A DNA stretch of 64,000 nt from Myxococcota bacterium (lineage in GTDB: Bacteria > Myxococcota_A > UBA9160 > UBA4427): the NCBI GenBank assembly GCA_965250285.1, contig OZ252299.1, positions 3,840,001-3,904,000 of the forward strand, written 5' to 3'. A program made the position numbers and the translations under genes. The notes beneath the pieces are model-generated. The model was not told the DNA's origin. It was given only the letters and a program-made list of their open reading frames with translations, and did not search any database. Of this stretch, positions 47,009-56,802 are shown piece by piece (the first letter of the stretch is position 1; every line of letters begins with the position of its first letter).

Positions 47009-47842
47009 TCAGCTCGCGCGTTCGCGCTGACCGCCGTGCAGGATCACCTCGGGCGCGCTGCCGTGGAACGCCTGTGAAGCACCGCCGGTCGTCTGCCCTG
47101 CGTCGGCGACGAGGGTCTGGCCGGTGATGTAGCGGGCGTCGTCGCTGAGGAGGAAGAGGATCGACTGCGCGATGTCGCCGGGGTGCCCCGCAATGCCCAG
47201 CGGCGACATGCTCGCGATCGCACGGTCGGCCTTGTCGTGCGCGTCGGGATCGCCTGCGATCAACGCGCTCGTCATGTCGGTCACGGTGTTGCCCGGCGCC
47301 ACGGCGTTGACGCGGATACCGAGCGGCGCCATCTCGCACGCAGCCGACTTCGTGAGACCGACCACGCCGTGCTTGGCCATCGTATAGACGTGCGGGCCAA
47401 GGCCACCCGTGATGCCCGCCGTGCTCGCCACCGAGACGATGGCGCCCTGCCCCGCTTCACGCATCGCCCGGCCCGCGTGCTTGATGCCGAGAAACACCGC
47501 GCGCGACAGGATCGCCATCGTGCGGTCATACGCCTCGGCGCTCGTCTCCATGATCGAACCGACTGCGCCGATGATGCCGGCATTGTTGACCATGCCCTGC
47601 AGCCCACCGAAGCTGCGCTGGGCCGTCGCAACGGCCTCGGCAATGTCGTCTTCGATGCACACGTCGGCACGGCAGAAGACGGCGGCCGAGCCCAGCTCGC
47701 TCGCCAGCGCCTCGCCCTTTTCGTGCTGGAGGTCGGCGATCACCACTCGGCCGCCCTCCGCGACGACTGCGCGCGCCGTTGCCTCACCGATGCCGCTCGC
47801 CGCGCCCGTGACGACGACGCTTCGCCCTTCGAATCGACCCAT
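47009..47842 (-). CDS. SDR family oxidoreductase
   Basis: TGAASGIG, NNAG, YTMAK; GGAG RBS. Confidence 0.92.
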   Translation of the reverse strand: MGRFEGRSVVVTGAASGIGEATARAVVAEGGRVVIADLQHEKGEALASELGSAAVFCRADVCIEDDIAEAVATAQRSFGGLQGMVNNAGIIGAVGSIMETSAEAYDRTMAILSRAVFLGIKHAGRAMREAGQGAIVSVASTAGITGGLGPHVYTMAKHGVVGLTKSAACEMAPLGIRVNAVAPGNTVTDMTSALIAGDPDAHDKADRAIASMSPLGIAGHPGDIAQSILFLLSDDARYITGQTLVADAGQTTGGASQAFHGSAPEVILHGGQRERAS

Positions 47843-47975
47843 CGAATTTCTCCAGTCTGGGGACCGAGACGAGTCGAGACGCCGCTCGCACCCGGGTGGC
47901 GATGGACGGTAGCAGCCCGCCCGGGCCCGAACGCCACAGTCGCCCCGCGGCCAGTGGTATCGTCGTGGTGAAGCG

Positions 47976-49457
47976 ATGAGCCCTCCTGCGCCCGACTCGC
48001 CGCCCGACGCGAACCCCCCGACGCCCGCCCCGCTGTCTCGAAGCCTGGTGGTCGCGTACGGCAGTGGCCAGGCATCCGAAGGCATCGCGAACTACCTGCT
48101 GTCGACGTTGCTCCTCTTCTACTACACGTCGATCCTCGGCCTCGACGGGCGTCTGGCCGGCCTCGCCTTGCTTCTCGGCCTCGTGTTCGACGCGATCACC
48201 GACCCGCTGGTCGCCGTTGCGAGCGATCGGACGCAGTCGCGCTGGGGCCGTCGTCATCCCTACATGTTCGCTGCAGCGCTGCCACTCGCCGCGGGGCTGA
48301 TCCTCGCCTTTCGCCCGCCAGCCGAGGTGGGCGAGCAGGCCGGCCTCTTCGTCTGGCTGCTCGTGATGGTCGTCGGGATCAGGTCGGCGACGACACTCTT
48401 CCACGTGCCGCACATGGCGCTCGGCGCCGAGCTCAGCACCGACTACGACGAGCGTACGCGGGTCGTCACCGCGCGCGCCATGGCGAGCATGTTCGGCATG
48501 GCCGCCATCATCACGCTCTACTTCGGGTTGCTCGCGCTGTACGAGTCGCCCGAGTACGCCGACGTGCGTCTCAACCCCCTGCCCTACGAGCTGCACAGCC
48601 TCATCGCCGGGCTCGCCGCCGCCGGCTTCGTGCTGATCTCGACGTTCGGGTCGGCGCGCGCGATTCCCTGGCTCACGCATCCGGACGACGACGATGGTTC
48701 GAAGTCGCTCTTCGGTCGCGCACTGCGCGACATGTCCGACACGCTTCGCATCCCGGCCTTTCGCACGCTCGTCGTCGGATTCACTCTGTGCTCGCTCAGC
48801 TGGGGCTTCTCGAGTGCGATCTCGACGCATCTCGCGCTGTACTTCTGGCACGTGAGCATGGAGGTCCAGGGCATCGCCGGCGCAAGCCTGATGATCGGGA
48901 TCGTCGTGGGGATGGCGTTCTGGCGGCGCGTCGCCGAGCGGACCGACAAGAAGCCGGCGTTCGTTCTCGGCATGCTCTGGTACACGGTGTTCGCCGCGTT
49001 CGCGCCGATCGCCAAGGCGATGGGCCTCTTCCCGCCCGAGCACACGACTGCACACACGGTCGCCTACACGACCATCTCGGTCCTCGCCGCGTTCGGCGTC
49101 GCCTCGATGCTCGCGCTCTCGGGATCGATGATGGCCGACGTGACCGATGAGGACGAGCTCGCATCGGGCCGCCGACGCGAGGGCATCTTCTTCGGCGCGC
49201 ACTCGTTCGCGACCAAGCTCGCCTACGGCCTCGGGGCCGCACTCGGCGGCTTCCTCTACGAGCTCGTCGGCCTCACCCAGGGCGTGGCACCGGCCGACGC
49301 GCCCGAAGGCTCGGGCCTGCGACTCGGGCTCGCGGGGGGCTGCCTCATCGCGCTGATGATCGGCGCGGGCACCCTCACCTTCTTTCGCTACGACCTCGAC
49401 CGGAGCCGCCACGCTGCGGTCCGTGCCGAGCTCGACGCGCGCATCTCCGAGACGTGA
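47976..49457 (+). CDS. MFS transporter, glycoside-pentoside-hexuronide (GPH) family
   Basis: DAITDPLV..SDRTQSRWGRRHPY, GAELSTDYDERT, MMADVTD..RREG. Confidence 0.9.
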   Translation: MSPPAPDSPPDANPPTPAPLSRSLVVAYGSGQASEGIANYLLSTLLLFYYTSILGLDGRLAGLALLLGLVFDAITDPLVAVASDRTQSRWGRRHPYMFAAALPLAAGLILAFRPPAEVGEQAGLFVWLLVMVVGIRSATTLFHVPHMALGAELSTDYDERTRVVTARAMASMFGMAAIITLYFGLLALYESPEYADVRLNPLPYELHSLIAGLAAAGFVLISTFGSARAIPWLTHPDDDDGSKSLFGRALRDMSDTLRIPAFRTLVVGFTLCSLSWGFSSAISTHLALYFWHVSMEVQGIAGASLMIGIVVGMAFWRRVAERTDKKPAFVLGMLWYTVFAAFAPIAKAMGLFPPEHTTAHTVAYTTISVLAAFGVASMLALSGSMMADVTDEDELASGRRREGIFFGAHSFATKLAYGLGAALGGFLYELVGLTQGVAPADAPEGSGLRLGLAGGCLIALMIGAGTLTFFRYDLDRSRHAAVRAELDARISET

Positions 49458-49552
49458 AGCCGCGCCTTCGATGTCGCTCACACCGAGTGAAGCGGTACCA
49501 TCGCGGGTCCGTCGCGTCGCCTGGTGCCCGCGCGCTGTGCCCGAACAGAGAG

Positions 49553-51070
49553 ATGCTGGAGCCGATGCCGAAGTCGTGGATGCACTTGCTGCTCGCCGCT
49601 GCAATCGCCCTGCTGACGGCGGCGTGCACCGGCGACGAGCCAGGCGAAGCTGAAACCGACGGGGACACTGCGGACCCGCGGCCGTCGATCGTGCTCGTCG
49701 TGATCGACACGCTGCGCGCCGACGCGGTCTCGGCCTATGGCCGCGTCGATGGCACCACGCCGCACATCGACGCGCTCGTTCGCGAAGGCGTGCTCTACCG
49801 GCACGCCTGGGCGACCTCGCCGTGGACGTTGCCGTCGCACGCGAGCCTCTTTACCGGCACCGACGTCGAGACCCACCGCGTCGGCATGCCCGGACGCGTC
49901 GACCTCGACGATTCGGCCGTCACGCTGGCAGAGCTGCTCGGTGAGGCGGGCTACGACACGGCGGCCATCTCAGAGAACCTGATCGTGAGCGATACGTTCG
50001 CGCTGCTGCAGGGCTTCGACTGGAAGCGCACCTCGTACAACGACAAGTCGGTGCAGCCCAGCCGCATGCGCTGGATCGACGCCTCCGATGCCATCGAAGA
50101 GTGGGTCGCCGATCGCGACGACGACCGCCCTTTCTTCCTCTTCATCAACCTCTTCGATCCGCACAACCCGTACGAGATTCGCGACGAGAACCCGTGGGTG
50201 CCCGAAGACGCCACGAACGAGGACATCCAGACGCGTCCGCCCCGACTCGAAGGCTTGATCTGCACGGCCGTGCCGCCGCCGCCCCAGCGCGAGGTGCTGC
50301 GGGGCCTGTATCACGGTGACGTCCATGCGGGCGATGCGAAGCTGAACACGATCCTCGAGCGCATCCGCGCCGTTCACGACGGTCCGATCCACACCGTGAT
50401 CACCTCGGATCACGGCGAGGCGTTCGGCGAGCGCGATCTGATGGGGCACGGCTTCGGGCTGCAGGAGTCGGTGCTCTGGGTACCCCTCATCGTGCACGGC
50501 GTCGATGGGGTCGAGCCCGCTCTCATCGATGGCAGCGTGGGCCTGATCGACATCCTGCCGACGATCCTCGGCTGGGCGGGGCTCGACGCCGACCCCGAGC
50601 TGCCCGGGCGGCCGCTGCCCACCACCAACGCCGCCGCCGAGCAGCTGCCGGCTCGATCCCTGCGCGCCGCCTACAGCGATCGATTCCAGGAGGCCGAGCG
50701 CGACTGGACCAATCAGTTGACCGATCTCGATAAGCTGCGCCAGTTCTGCGGCACCGAAGATCGCGTGTTCGGTGGGATGTACTCGCTGCTTCGATACCCC
50801 TACAAGTTCACGTGGTACGAGCAATATCCGCCCGAGCTCTTCGATCTGAGCTGGGACGCGACCGAGCGTTCGGATCAATCGGCGCTGCAGAAAGACGTGC
50901 TGCGCGGCTTCCTCGAGGAGGTCGGCCCCGCGGTCGAGAGCGCGGGGCTCAAAGGCGGCCCGGTGCTGGGGGAAGGACTCTCGCCCGAGCGCCGCCGCGC
51001 CCTCGAGGAGCTGGGCTACATCGCGACCGAAGAAGAGAACGCCGCGCCCGACGAACCCACCCGAGAATGA
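49553..51070 (+). CDS. Sulfatase-like hydrolase/transferase (alkaline phosphatase superfamily), lipoprotein
   Basis: Lipobox LTAAC; IDTLRAD, SPWTLPSHASLFTG, TSDHGEAF, LEELGY. Confidence 0.85.
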   Translation: MLEPMPKSWMHLLLAAAIALLTAACTGDEPGEAETDGDTADPRPSIVLVVIDTLRADAVSAYGRVDGTTPHIDALVREGVLYRHAWATSPWTLPSHASLFTGTDVETHRVGMPGRVDLDDSAVTLAELLGEAGYDTAAISENLIVSDTFALLQGFDWKRTSYNDKSVQPSRMRWIDASDAIEEWVADRDDDRPFFLFINLFDPHNPYEIRDENPWVPEDATNEDIQTRPPRLEGLICTAVPPPPQREVLRGLYHGDVHAGDAKLNTILERIRAVHDGPIHTVITSDHGEAFGERDLMGHGFGLQESVLWVPLIVHGVDGVEPALIDGSVGLIDILPTILGWAGLDADPELPGRPLPTTNAAAEQLPARSLRAAYSDRFQEAERDWTNQLTDLDKLRQFCGTEDRVFGGMYSLLRYPYKFTWYEQYPPELFDLSWDATERSDQSALQKDVLRGFLEEVGPAVESAGLKGGPVLGEGLSPERRRALEELGYIATEEENAAPDEPTRE

Positions 51071-51079
51071 ACAGGGGCA

Positions 51080-52879
51080 TCAGCCAGATGGCGCTTCGAG
51101 CGCGGCCTCGTCGGCGCGCGGTGCCCCGAACGCGAGCAGCGCGAGCACGCACAGGCTCGCGATCACGGTGATCACCGAGGCCCCGAAGTATTCCTCGTAC
51201 GTGCGATAGAACAGCCAGCCGTTCGCGTTCCAGGCGAGACAGGCCAACACGAGCACGCCGACGACGGCCGGCCGGCGCGCAGCCCACACGAAGCCGAGTG
51301 GTACGAACTCGTAGTAGTAGTTCGTCGGGTCCGTGAGAAACGGGATGAGCGCCAACCCCGCGAGCGGCGCCTCCCAGACTTCGATGCGCGGCAGCGCCCA
51401 TCCGAAGAGCGCGAGCCCGGCGAGTGCGGTGACCCCACGCGCAATCGTCGAGAGGGTCGAGTCACCGAAGGTCCAGGCGACGACGGTGCCGAGCCCGACG
51501 CGGTTCGTCACGTCGAGCTGAGAGAACGTGCCGATCTTCTCAGCAAAGCCCGCGAGGCCTCCGAGACCGCCGGCATCGACGATGGCGATGCCCCCGAGCA
51601 AGATCGTGGTGAGGCCTGCGATGACGACGAATCGCAGACTCGACGCATCGATTCGCCGCTGCCTGAACGATTCGACCAGCCCGTGAAGCACGACCGCGCC
51701 CGCCGGCACCGCGGGAAAGACCCGCAGCGTCGTCGAGAACGCGAGCATCGCGCCCGAAGCCGCCGGGCGTCCGAGGCGCAGCAGGCACACACCGGCGAAG
51801 AGCGCCGACCACCAGAGATGCCGCAGGTACCCGTCCCCCGAAAAACCGTATCGCCACAGGTAGCCCGTGCCCCATGCGATGATGACGAGACACGCCACCT
51901 CCCAGCCGAACGCCCACGCGACGCAGGCGAAGCCAGCCCCGATCAGAACACGGTCGAGATTCTGCAGCACGAACCGAGCGGCTGGGTGATCGATCGGCAG
52001 CGCGTTCGCGACGGCACCGCCGACGGCGTTCCAGACCGGTGAGGCGTTGTACCCGAAGTCCTTCCACACGTCTCGCGGAATCGAAGGGCCCCAGTGCGGG
52101 ATGAACGACACGACGTCGTCACCGAACTCGGTCCATCGCTGGGCCGAGAACCGATCGGGGCAATCGGCGCCCTCGGCGAGGACCCGCTTCACGCCGACCA
52201 CTTTCATCGTGCGCAGGTCGCGCGCTCCGAACTTCTGGCCGGCCGGGGCGACACCGCGCTCTTCGATCGCGACCAGCGAGCACTCGTAGAGCCCGAAGTA
52301 CCCGAGCTCGTCGGCGTACTTCGAGCCGACGTAGTAGTGAAAGACGTCGGTCGATCCGAAGTCGCTCTTGTAGTTGCCGAGAAAGAGGTGGTAGTACGTG
52401 GCCACCGAGGCGAACGTCAGCGCGATGAGCAGCACGTCGCGCACGCGCTTCTGCATGGGCCGTGTTTCGAGGCGCCGACCCGCGGCAAACGCGAAGACGC
52501 CGAGCACGAGAAGCGCGGCCCGGACGAAGACGAGTTCACGGTCGTGCAGTGGCCCTCGATCGGCGCGGCGCCGCTCGGCATCTTGCGCGCGCTGATGCGC
52601 GCGCTCGGCCCGGCTCGCGCCGCTCGCTGGCTTCGCACCCTGCGCCGGGGCGACGGATCTGTCGCGCGATCGGCGATTCGCTTCGATCGGAAGGAAGCTC
52701 TTGGGTGGCTCGAGCGGAGCGAGCTCGACCTCTGCCGCGCCCCGTCGCGAATCACCGGCACCGGGGAGCACGCCGATCGTGGCCGAGAAGAGCAGCGTCG
52801 CCGCAAGAGCGACGATGAGGCGAAGCGCACTGTAGGGGACGACCACTCTCGTCATCTTCGCTCGCTCGCGCGCTCCCAT
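51080..52879 (-). CDS. Polytopic membrane protein, probable GT-C (GT87-like) glycosyltransferase
   Basis: Many TM segments; DVFHYYVGSKY, GYNASPVW, LRVFPA; start uncertain. Confidence 0.55.
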   Translation of the reverse strand: MGARERAKMTRVVVPYSALRLIVALAATLLFSATIGVLPGAGDSRRGAAEVELAPLEPPKSFLPIEANRRSRDRSVAPAQGAKPASGASRAERAHQRAQDAERRRADRGPLHDRELVFVRAALLVLGVFAFAAGRRLETRPMQKRVRDVLLIALTFASVATYYHLFLGNYKSDFGSTDVFHYYVGSKYADELGYFGLYECSLVAIEERGVAPAGQKFGARDLRTMKVVGVKRVLAEGADCPDRFSAQRWTEFGDDVVSFIPHWGPSIPRDVWKDFGYNASPVWNAVGGAVANALPIDHPAARFVLQNLDRVLIGAGFACVAWAFGWEVACLVIIAWGTGYLWRYGFSGDGYLRHLWWSALFAGVCLLRLGRPAASGAMLAFSTTLRVFPAVPAGAVVLHGLVESFRQRRIDASSLRFVVIAGLTTILLGGIAIVDAGGLGGLAGFAEKIGTFSQLDVTNRVGLGTVVAWTFGDSTLSTIARGVTALAGLALFGWALPRIEVWEAPLAGLALIPFLTDPTNYYYEFVPLGFVWAARRPAVVGVLVLACLAWNANGWLFYRTYEEYFGASVITVIASLCVLALLAFGAPRADEAALEAPSG

Positions 52880-52962
52880 TCGGTGCGAGGCACGCCCCTG
52901 CAGGCATTCCCCGTCAACGGCCGCGCCGCGAGCATAGGGGACAGCGGCTACCCTACGCCGCC

Positions 52963-54990
52963 ATGCCCCGCACCCTGCGCCGGACCCTCATCGTCGCCGC
53001 TGCATTGGTCGCGCTGATCGCGATGGTGGGCCTGTTCGTCGTTCGATCGTGGACGCCTGCACCGCCCCCCGAAAGACCGGCGGTCGCCCTCAGCGAGAGC
53101 CCGGCGGCCGCGGCGTGCCGCGTGAACGAGCCCCTGCGCCAGGCACTCTTCGGTGATCTGCACGTACACACGTCGCTCTCGAGCGACGCCTGGATGTTCG
53201 ACGTTCGGGTGCGACCGACCGACGCGTATCGATACGCAACCGGGGGTGAGGTGCTGCTCTCACCGATCGGCCCCGATGGTCGTGGCACGCGCCCCGTCCG
53301 CATCGATCGACCGCTCGACTTCGCGGCCGTGACCGATCACAGCGAGTTCCTCGGCGAGGGACGCATCTGCCTCGACCCGGCGGCGCCCGGCTACGCGAGC
53401 TCGTTCTGCGACATGTTTCGCCAGGGCGACGGCCGCAGCCCGCGCCTCGTGCTGAAGATCATGAGCCCGTGGAGCGCACGCGACGTCGAGACCTGCGGCC
53501 CCGACGGCGAAGCCTGCCTTCGCGCCTCGAGTCGCGCATGGCAAGAGGTGGTCGACGCTGCCGAAGCCTGGAACGACACGAGCGACGCCTGTTCGTTCAC
53601 GACGTTCGTCGGCTACGAGTACAGCTCGCACCGGCTCGGATCGAATCTGCACCGCAACGTGATCTTCCGAAACGCGATCGTGCCGCCGGTGCCGATCAGC
53701 TATCTGGAGGCCCACCGCGAGTGGGAGCTCTGGGAGGCCCTGCGCCGCGACTGCATCGACTCGGGCACGGGCTGCGACGTGCTCGCAATCCCGCACAACT
53801 CGAACATCAGCAACGGTCGAATGTTTGCCGTCGACTACCCCGGCGCCGATACGCTCGAGGGCCAGCGCGACCGAGCCCGGCTGCGCATGCGGGTCGAACC
53901 GGTCGTCGAAATCATGCAACACAAGGGCGACTCCGAGTGCCGGAAGGATCTCACGAACGTTCTCGGCACGATCGACGAGCTGTGTGACTTCGAGAAGTTC
54001 GAAGACTTCGCGTTCGATCGGCAGCCAGGCCCCGGCGACGTACGGGCGTGCAGCGAAGGCCGGCTGGCCGACGCCATGCCGCATCTCGGCCCCGACTGCG
54101 TTTCGCCGCTCAGCTACGTGCGGGGCGCCCTGATCGAAGGCCTCGCCGAAGAGAAGCGCATCGGCGTGAACCCGTTCAAGTTCGGCATCACCGCGAGCAC
54201 CGATACCCACAACGGTCTCGCCGGAGGCGTCGAGGAACGTACGTTCCCCGGACACCTCGGACGCGGCGACGACACAGTCGACAAGCGCGTGCGGTGGGAT
54301 TCTTCCATTCCCGGCAACGCGTCGAACAACCCGGGCGGGCTGATCGGTGTGTGGGCCGAAGAGAATTCGCGTGAGTCGATCTTCGAGGCGATTCGTCGCC
54401 GCGAGGTCTTCGGCACGAGCGGGCCGCGCATCCAGCCAAGGTTCTTTGGCGCGTGGGACGAGCCACAGGCGGCATGCGGAGATGCCGATCTCATCGCGGC
54501 GGCCGACGCGGCGGGCGTCCCGATGGGCGCGGATCTGCCGCCCCGGCCGCCCAACGCCCCTTCGCCCGTATTCGTCGCGACCGCCCTCGCCGATCCGGGT
54601 GCCGACGACAGCGGTGCACGCCTGCAGCGGCTGCAGATCGTGAAGGGATGGGTCGACGAAGACGGGCGGCACAACCAGCGCATCTTCGACGTGGCGGGTG
54701 CGGCCGACCGCGGCGCCGACGTCGATCTCGAAACGTGCACGCCCCGTGGGCCGGGCGATGACTATCTCTGCGCGGTCTTTCGGGATCCCGAGTTCGACCC
54801 GGACACAGCTGCGGTCTACTACGCGCGGGCCGTCGAGAACCCGACCTGTCGCTATTCGACCTGGCAGTGCCTCGAGCTCGACCCGAGCGAGCGGCCCCCC
54901 GAATGCGGCGAGGCGAACCCCGCGGCCACGATTCAGGAGCGGGCCTGGACGTCGCCCATCTGGTACACGCCGCCCGAGAGCGGCGCGTAG
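52963..54990 (+). CDS. DUF3604 domain protein (PHP-like metallohydrolase), exported
   Basis: FGDLHVHT, PLDFAAVTDHSE, LHRNVIF, IPHNSN, STDTH, YYARAVENP, ERAWTSPIWY. Confidence 0.9.
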   Translation: MPRTLRRTLIVAAALVALIAMVGLFVVRSWTPAPPPERPAVALSESPAAAACRVNEPLRQALFGDLHVHTSLSSDAWMFDVRVRPTDAYRYATGGEVLLSPIGPDGRGTRPVRIDRPLDFAAVTDHSEFLGEGRICLDPAAPGYASSFCDMFRQGDGRSPRLVLKIMSPWSARDVETCGPDGEACLRASSRAWQEVVDAAEAWNDTSDACSFTTFVGYEYSSHRLGSNLHRNVIFRNAIVPPVPISYLEAHREWELWEALRRDCIDSGTGCDVLAIPHNSNISNGRMFAVDYPGADTLEGQRDRARLRMRVEPVVEIMQHKGDSECRKDLTNVLGTIDELCDFEKFEDFAFDRQPGPGDVRACSEGRLADAMPHLGPDCVSPLSYVRGALIEGLAEEKRIGVNPFKFGITASTDTHNGLAGGVEERTFPGHLGRGDDTVDKRVRWDSSIPGNASNNPGGLIGVWAEENSRESIFEAIRRREVFGTSGPRIQPRFFGAWDEPQAACGDADLIAAADAAGVPMGADLPPRPPNAPSPVFVATALADPGADDSGARLQRLQIVKGWVDEDGRHNQRIFDVAGAADRGADVDLETCTPRGPGDDYLCAVFRDPEFDPDTAAVYYARAVENPTCRYSTWQCLELDPSERPPECGEANPAATIQERAWTSPIWYTPPESGA

Positions 54991-55006
54991 TCGCGCCGAA
55001 CGAGCC

Positions 55007-56713
55007 TCAATCGCCGTCGGCTGCGAGCTCCTGAAATCGCCGTCGCTGCTCGGCGCTGCCAATCATCACCAGCTCACTGCCCGCCGTGAGCTCGGTGGAC
55101 GGCGCCGGGTTCGCCGTGTACCGGCCCGAATCGCGCAGCGCAACGACGGTGAGGCCCGTTCGCGCCCCGATCCCGCTCTCCGACAGCGGTTTGCCCACGA
55201 GCTGCTTCGGCGTGTCCTCCGAGAAGAGCTCGGTGCCTTCGCCCAGCACGATCAGCTCGCGCCCGCGGACCATGGCCATGATCGTCTGAATGGCAAGCGA
55301 GCCATGCGACAGCGCGAAGTCGGCCCCGGCCCGGTGGATCGCCTGCAGGTTTCGATCGTGGCTGATGCGGCTGATGATGTGCGCCTGGCCGCCGAGCTTG
55401 CGGCAGTAGATCGCCAGGAAGAGATTGGTCGCATCGTCATTGGTCGTCAGCACGATGCTGCGCACTTCGTCGATGCCCGCTTCCTTCACGGTCTCGAGGT
55501 TCGACGCATCGCCGATGATGACGCGATCGGCCACACGCATCAGATACGGACGTAAGCGCTCGTCGGCATCGAGGATCGTGACGGGCACCTCGCGCTCGCG
55601 CAGAGCCCGGGCGACGGCCTGCCCGACCATGCCGCCGCCGATCACGAGGACCGGCGATTCGGTCGCCTGGTAGATGACGAAGAGCGCGTCGAGCTCGGTG
55701 AGCTGCTCTTCGGTGCCGACGACCACCGGCACGCTGTGCTCGGACAGGACGGTCTCGGGGCCGGCGGGCAGGAGATGCCCCTTCTCCCAGACGGCGACGA
55801 TGCTGAGCCCAGTGAGCTCACGCAGCCGGCTATCGCGCACCGTACGTCCCGGCAGAGAGGTGCCATGGATCGGGAACTCAGCGATGACGAGCTCGCCGAA
55901 CGACCCAATGCGCTGGGCCGATTGGATCACGTCGGTCACGCGAACGGCCAGCTGCTCACCGAGGCGCTGCTTGAGCGGCAGCACCTCGGTCGCACCGGCA
56001 AAGTGGAGCACGTCGATCGAATCGACGTTCTCGGCGAGGGCGACGATCGGCACGTCCTGAGCGATCTCACGTACGGTGAGCGTCACGTTGGTGTTCTGCG
56101 TGTCGCTGAGGTTCGCAAACACCAGTCGGGCCTGATCGACCTGCACCCGCTCGAACGTTCGCGCGTCGTCCCGCGGGCCGGCCACGACCTCGAGGCCGTC
56201 CCCGTTGAGGTGCGCGGCCCGGGCGACATCGGGCTCGATCACCACATAGGGCACTTCGAAGCGATCGAGTCGCTGCACGAGCCCACGCGTCAGCTCGTCG
56301 TAGGCGCAGATGACGACGTGGCCCGTGGTGCCTTTCGGGACGCGCGTCGGCGCCTGTGCACGCACCTGCGCCTCGAGCCACGGAGCGTAGAAGAAGCGAA
56401 TGAAGGTGAAGGGCGCGACGATGAGCAGCATCACGATGCCGTAGACGAGCACGAAGATCGTGAAGGCGCGGCCCATGTCGCTCTGGAAGGTGATGTCGCC
56501 GAAGCCCAGCGTGCTCATCACCGTGAGCGTCCAGTAGAGCCCGGTCAGCCAGGAGTGATCCTGCCCCTCATAGACCATGATGAGGTGGAAGAGGACCGTA
56601 AAGACGGCGATCGAGCCGGCGAGCGCGAGCGCAAAGCGCGCGAGGGCCCGAAGGTTCTGCTTCGAGTCCGGATCCTCGAGCAGGAATGAGAGCTGCGAGG
56701 GCATGAACTTCAC
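55007..56713 (-). CDS. Potassium channel with TrkA-N/TrkA-C (RCK) domains
   Basis: Pore motif TMSTLGFGD between two TM helices; two RCK repeats (GGGMVG). Confidence 0.9.
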   Translation of the reverse strand: MKFMPSQLSFLLEDPDSKQNLRALARFALALAGSIAVFTVLFHLIMVYEGQDHSWLTGLYWTLTVMSTLGFGDITFQSDMGRAFTIFVLVYGIVMLLIVAPFTFIRFFYAPWLEAQVRAQAPTRVPKGTTGHVVICAYDELTRGLVQRLDRFEVPYVVIEPDVARAAHLNGDGLEVVAGPRDDARTFERVQVDQARLVFANLSDTQNTNVTLTVREIAQDVPIVALAENVDSIDVLHFAGATEVLPLKQRLGEQLAVRVTDVIQSAQRIGSFGELVIAEFPIHGTSLPGRTVRDSRLRELTGLSIVAVWEKGHLLPAGPETVLSEHSVPVVVGTEEQLTELDALFVIYQATESPVLVIGGGMVGQAVARALREREVPVTILDADERLRPYLMRVADRVIIGDASNLETVKEAGIDEVRSIVLTTNDDATNLFLAIYCRKLGGQAHIISRISHDRNLQAIHRAGADFALSHGSLAIQTIMAMVRGRELIVLGEGTELFSEDTPKQLVGKPLSESGIGARTGLTVVALRDSGRYTANPAPSTELTAGSELVMIGSAEQRRRFQELAADGD

Positions 56714-56802
56714 GCCCGGGAGGGTACCTCCAGCGTCGTTGCACGCGCCATGTCGACGAGTCGCCAGCGATGGGACTCGAATGCGTGCGAGTGAGTTCTC
56801 CG

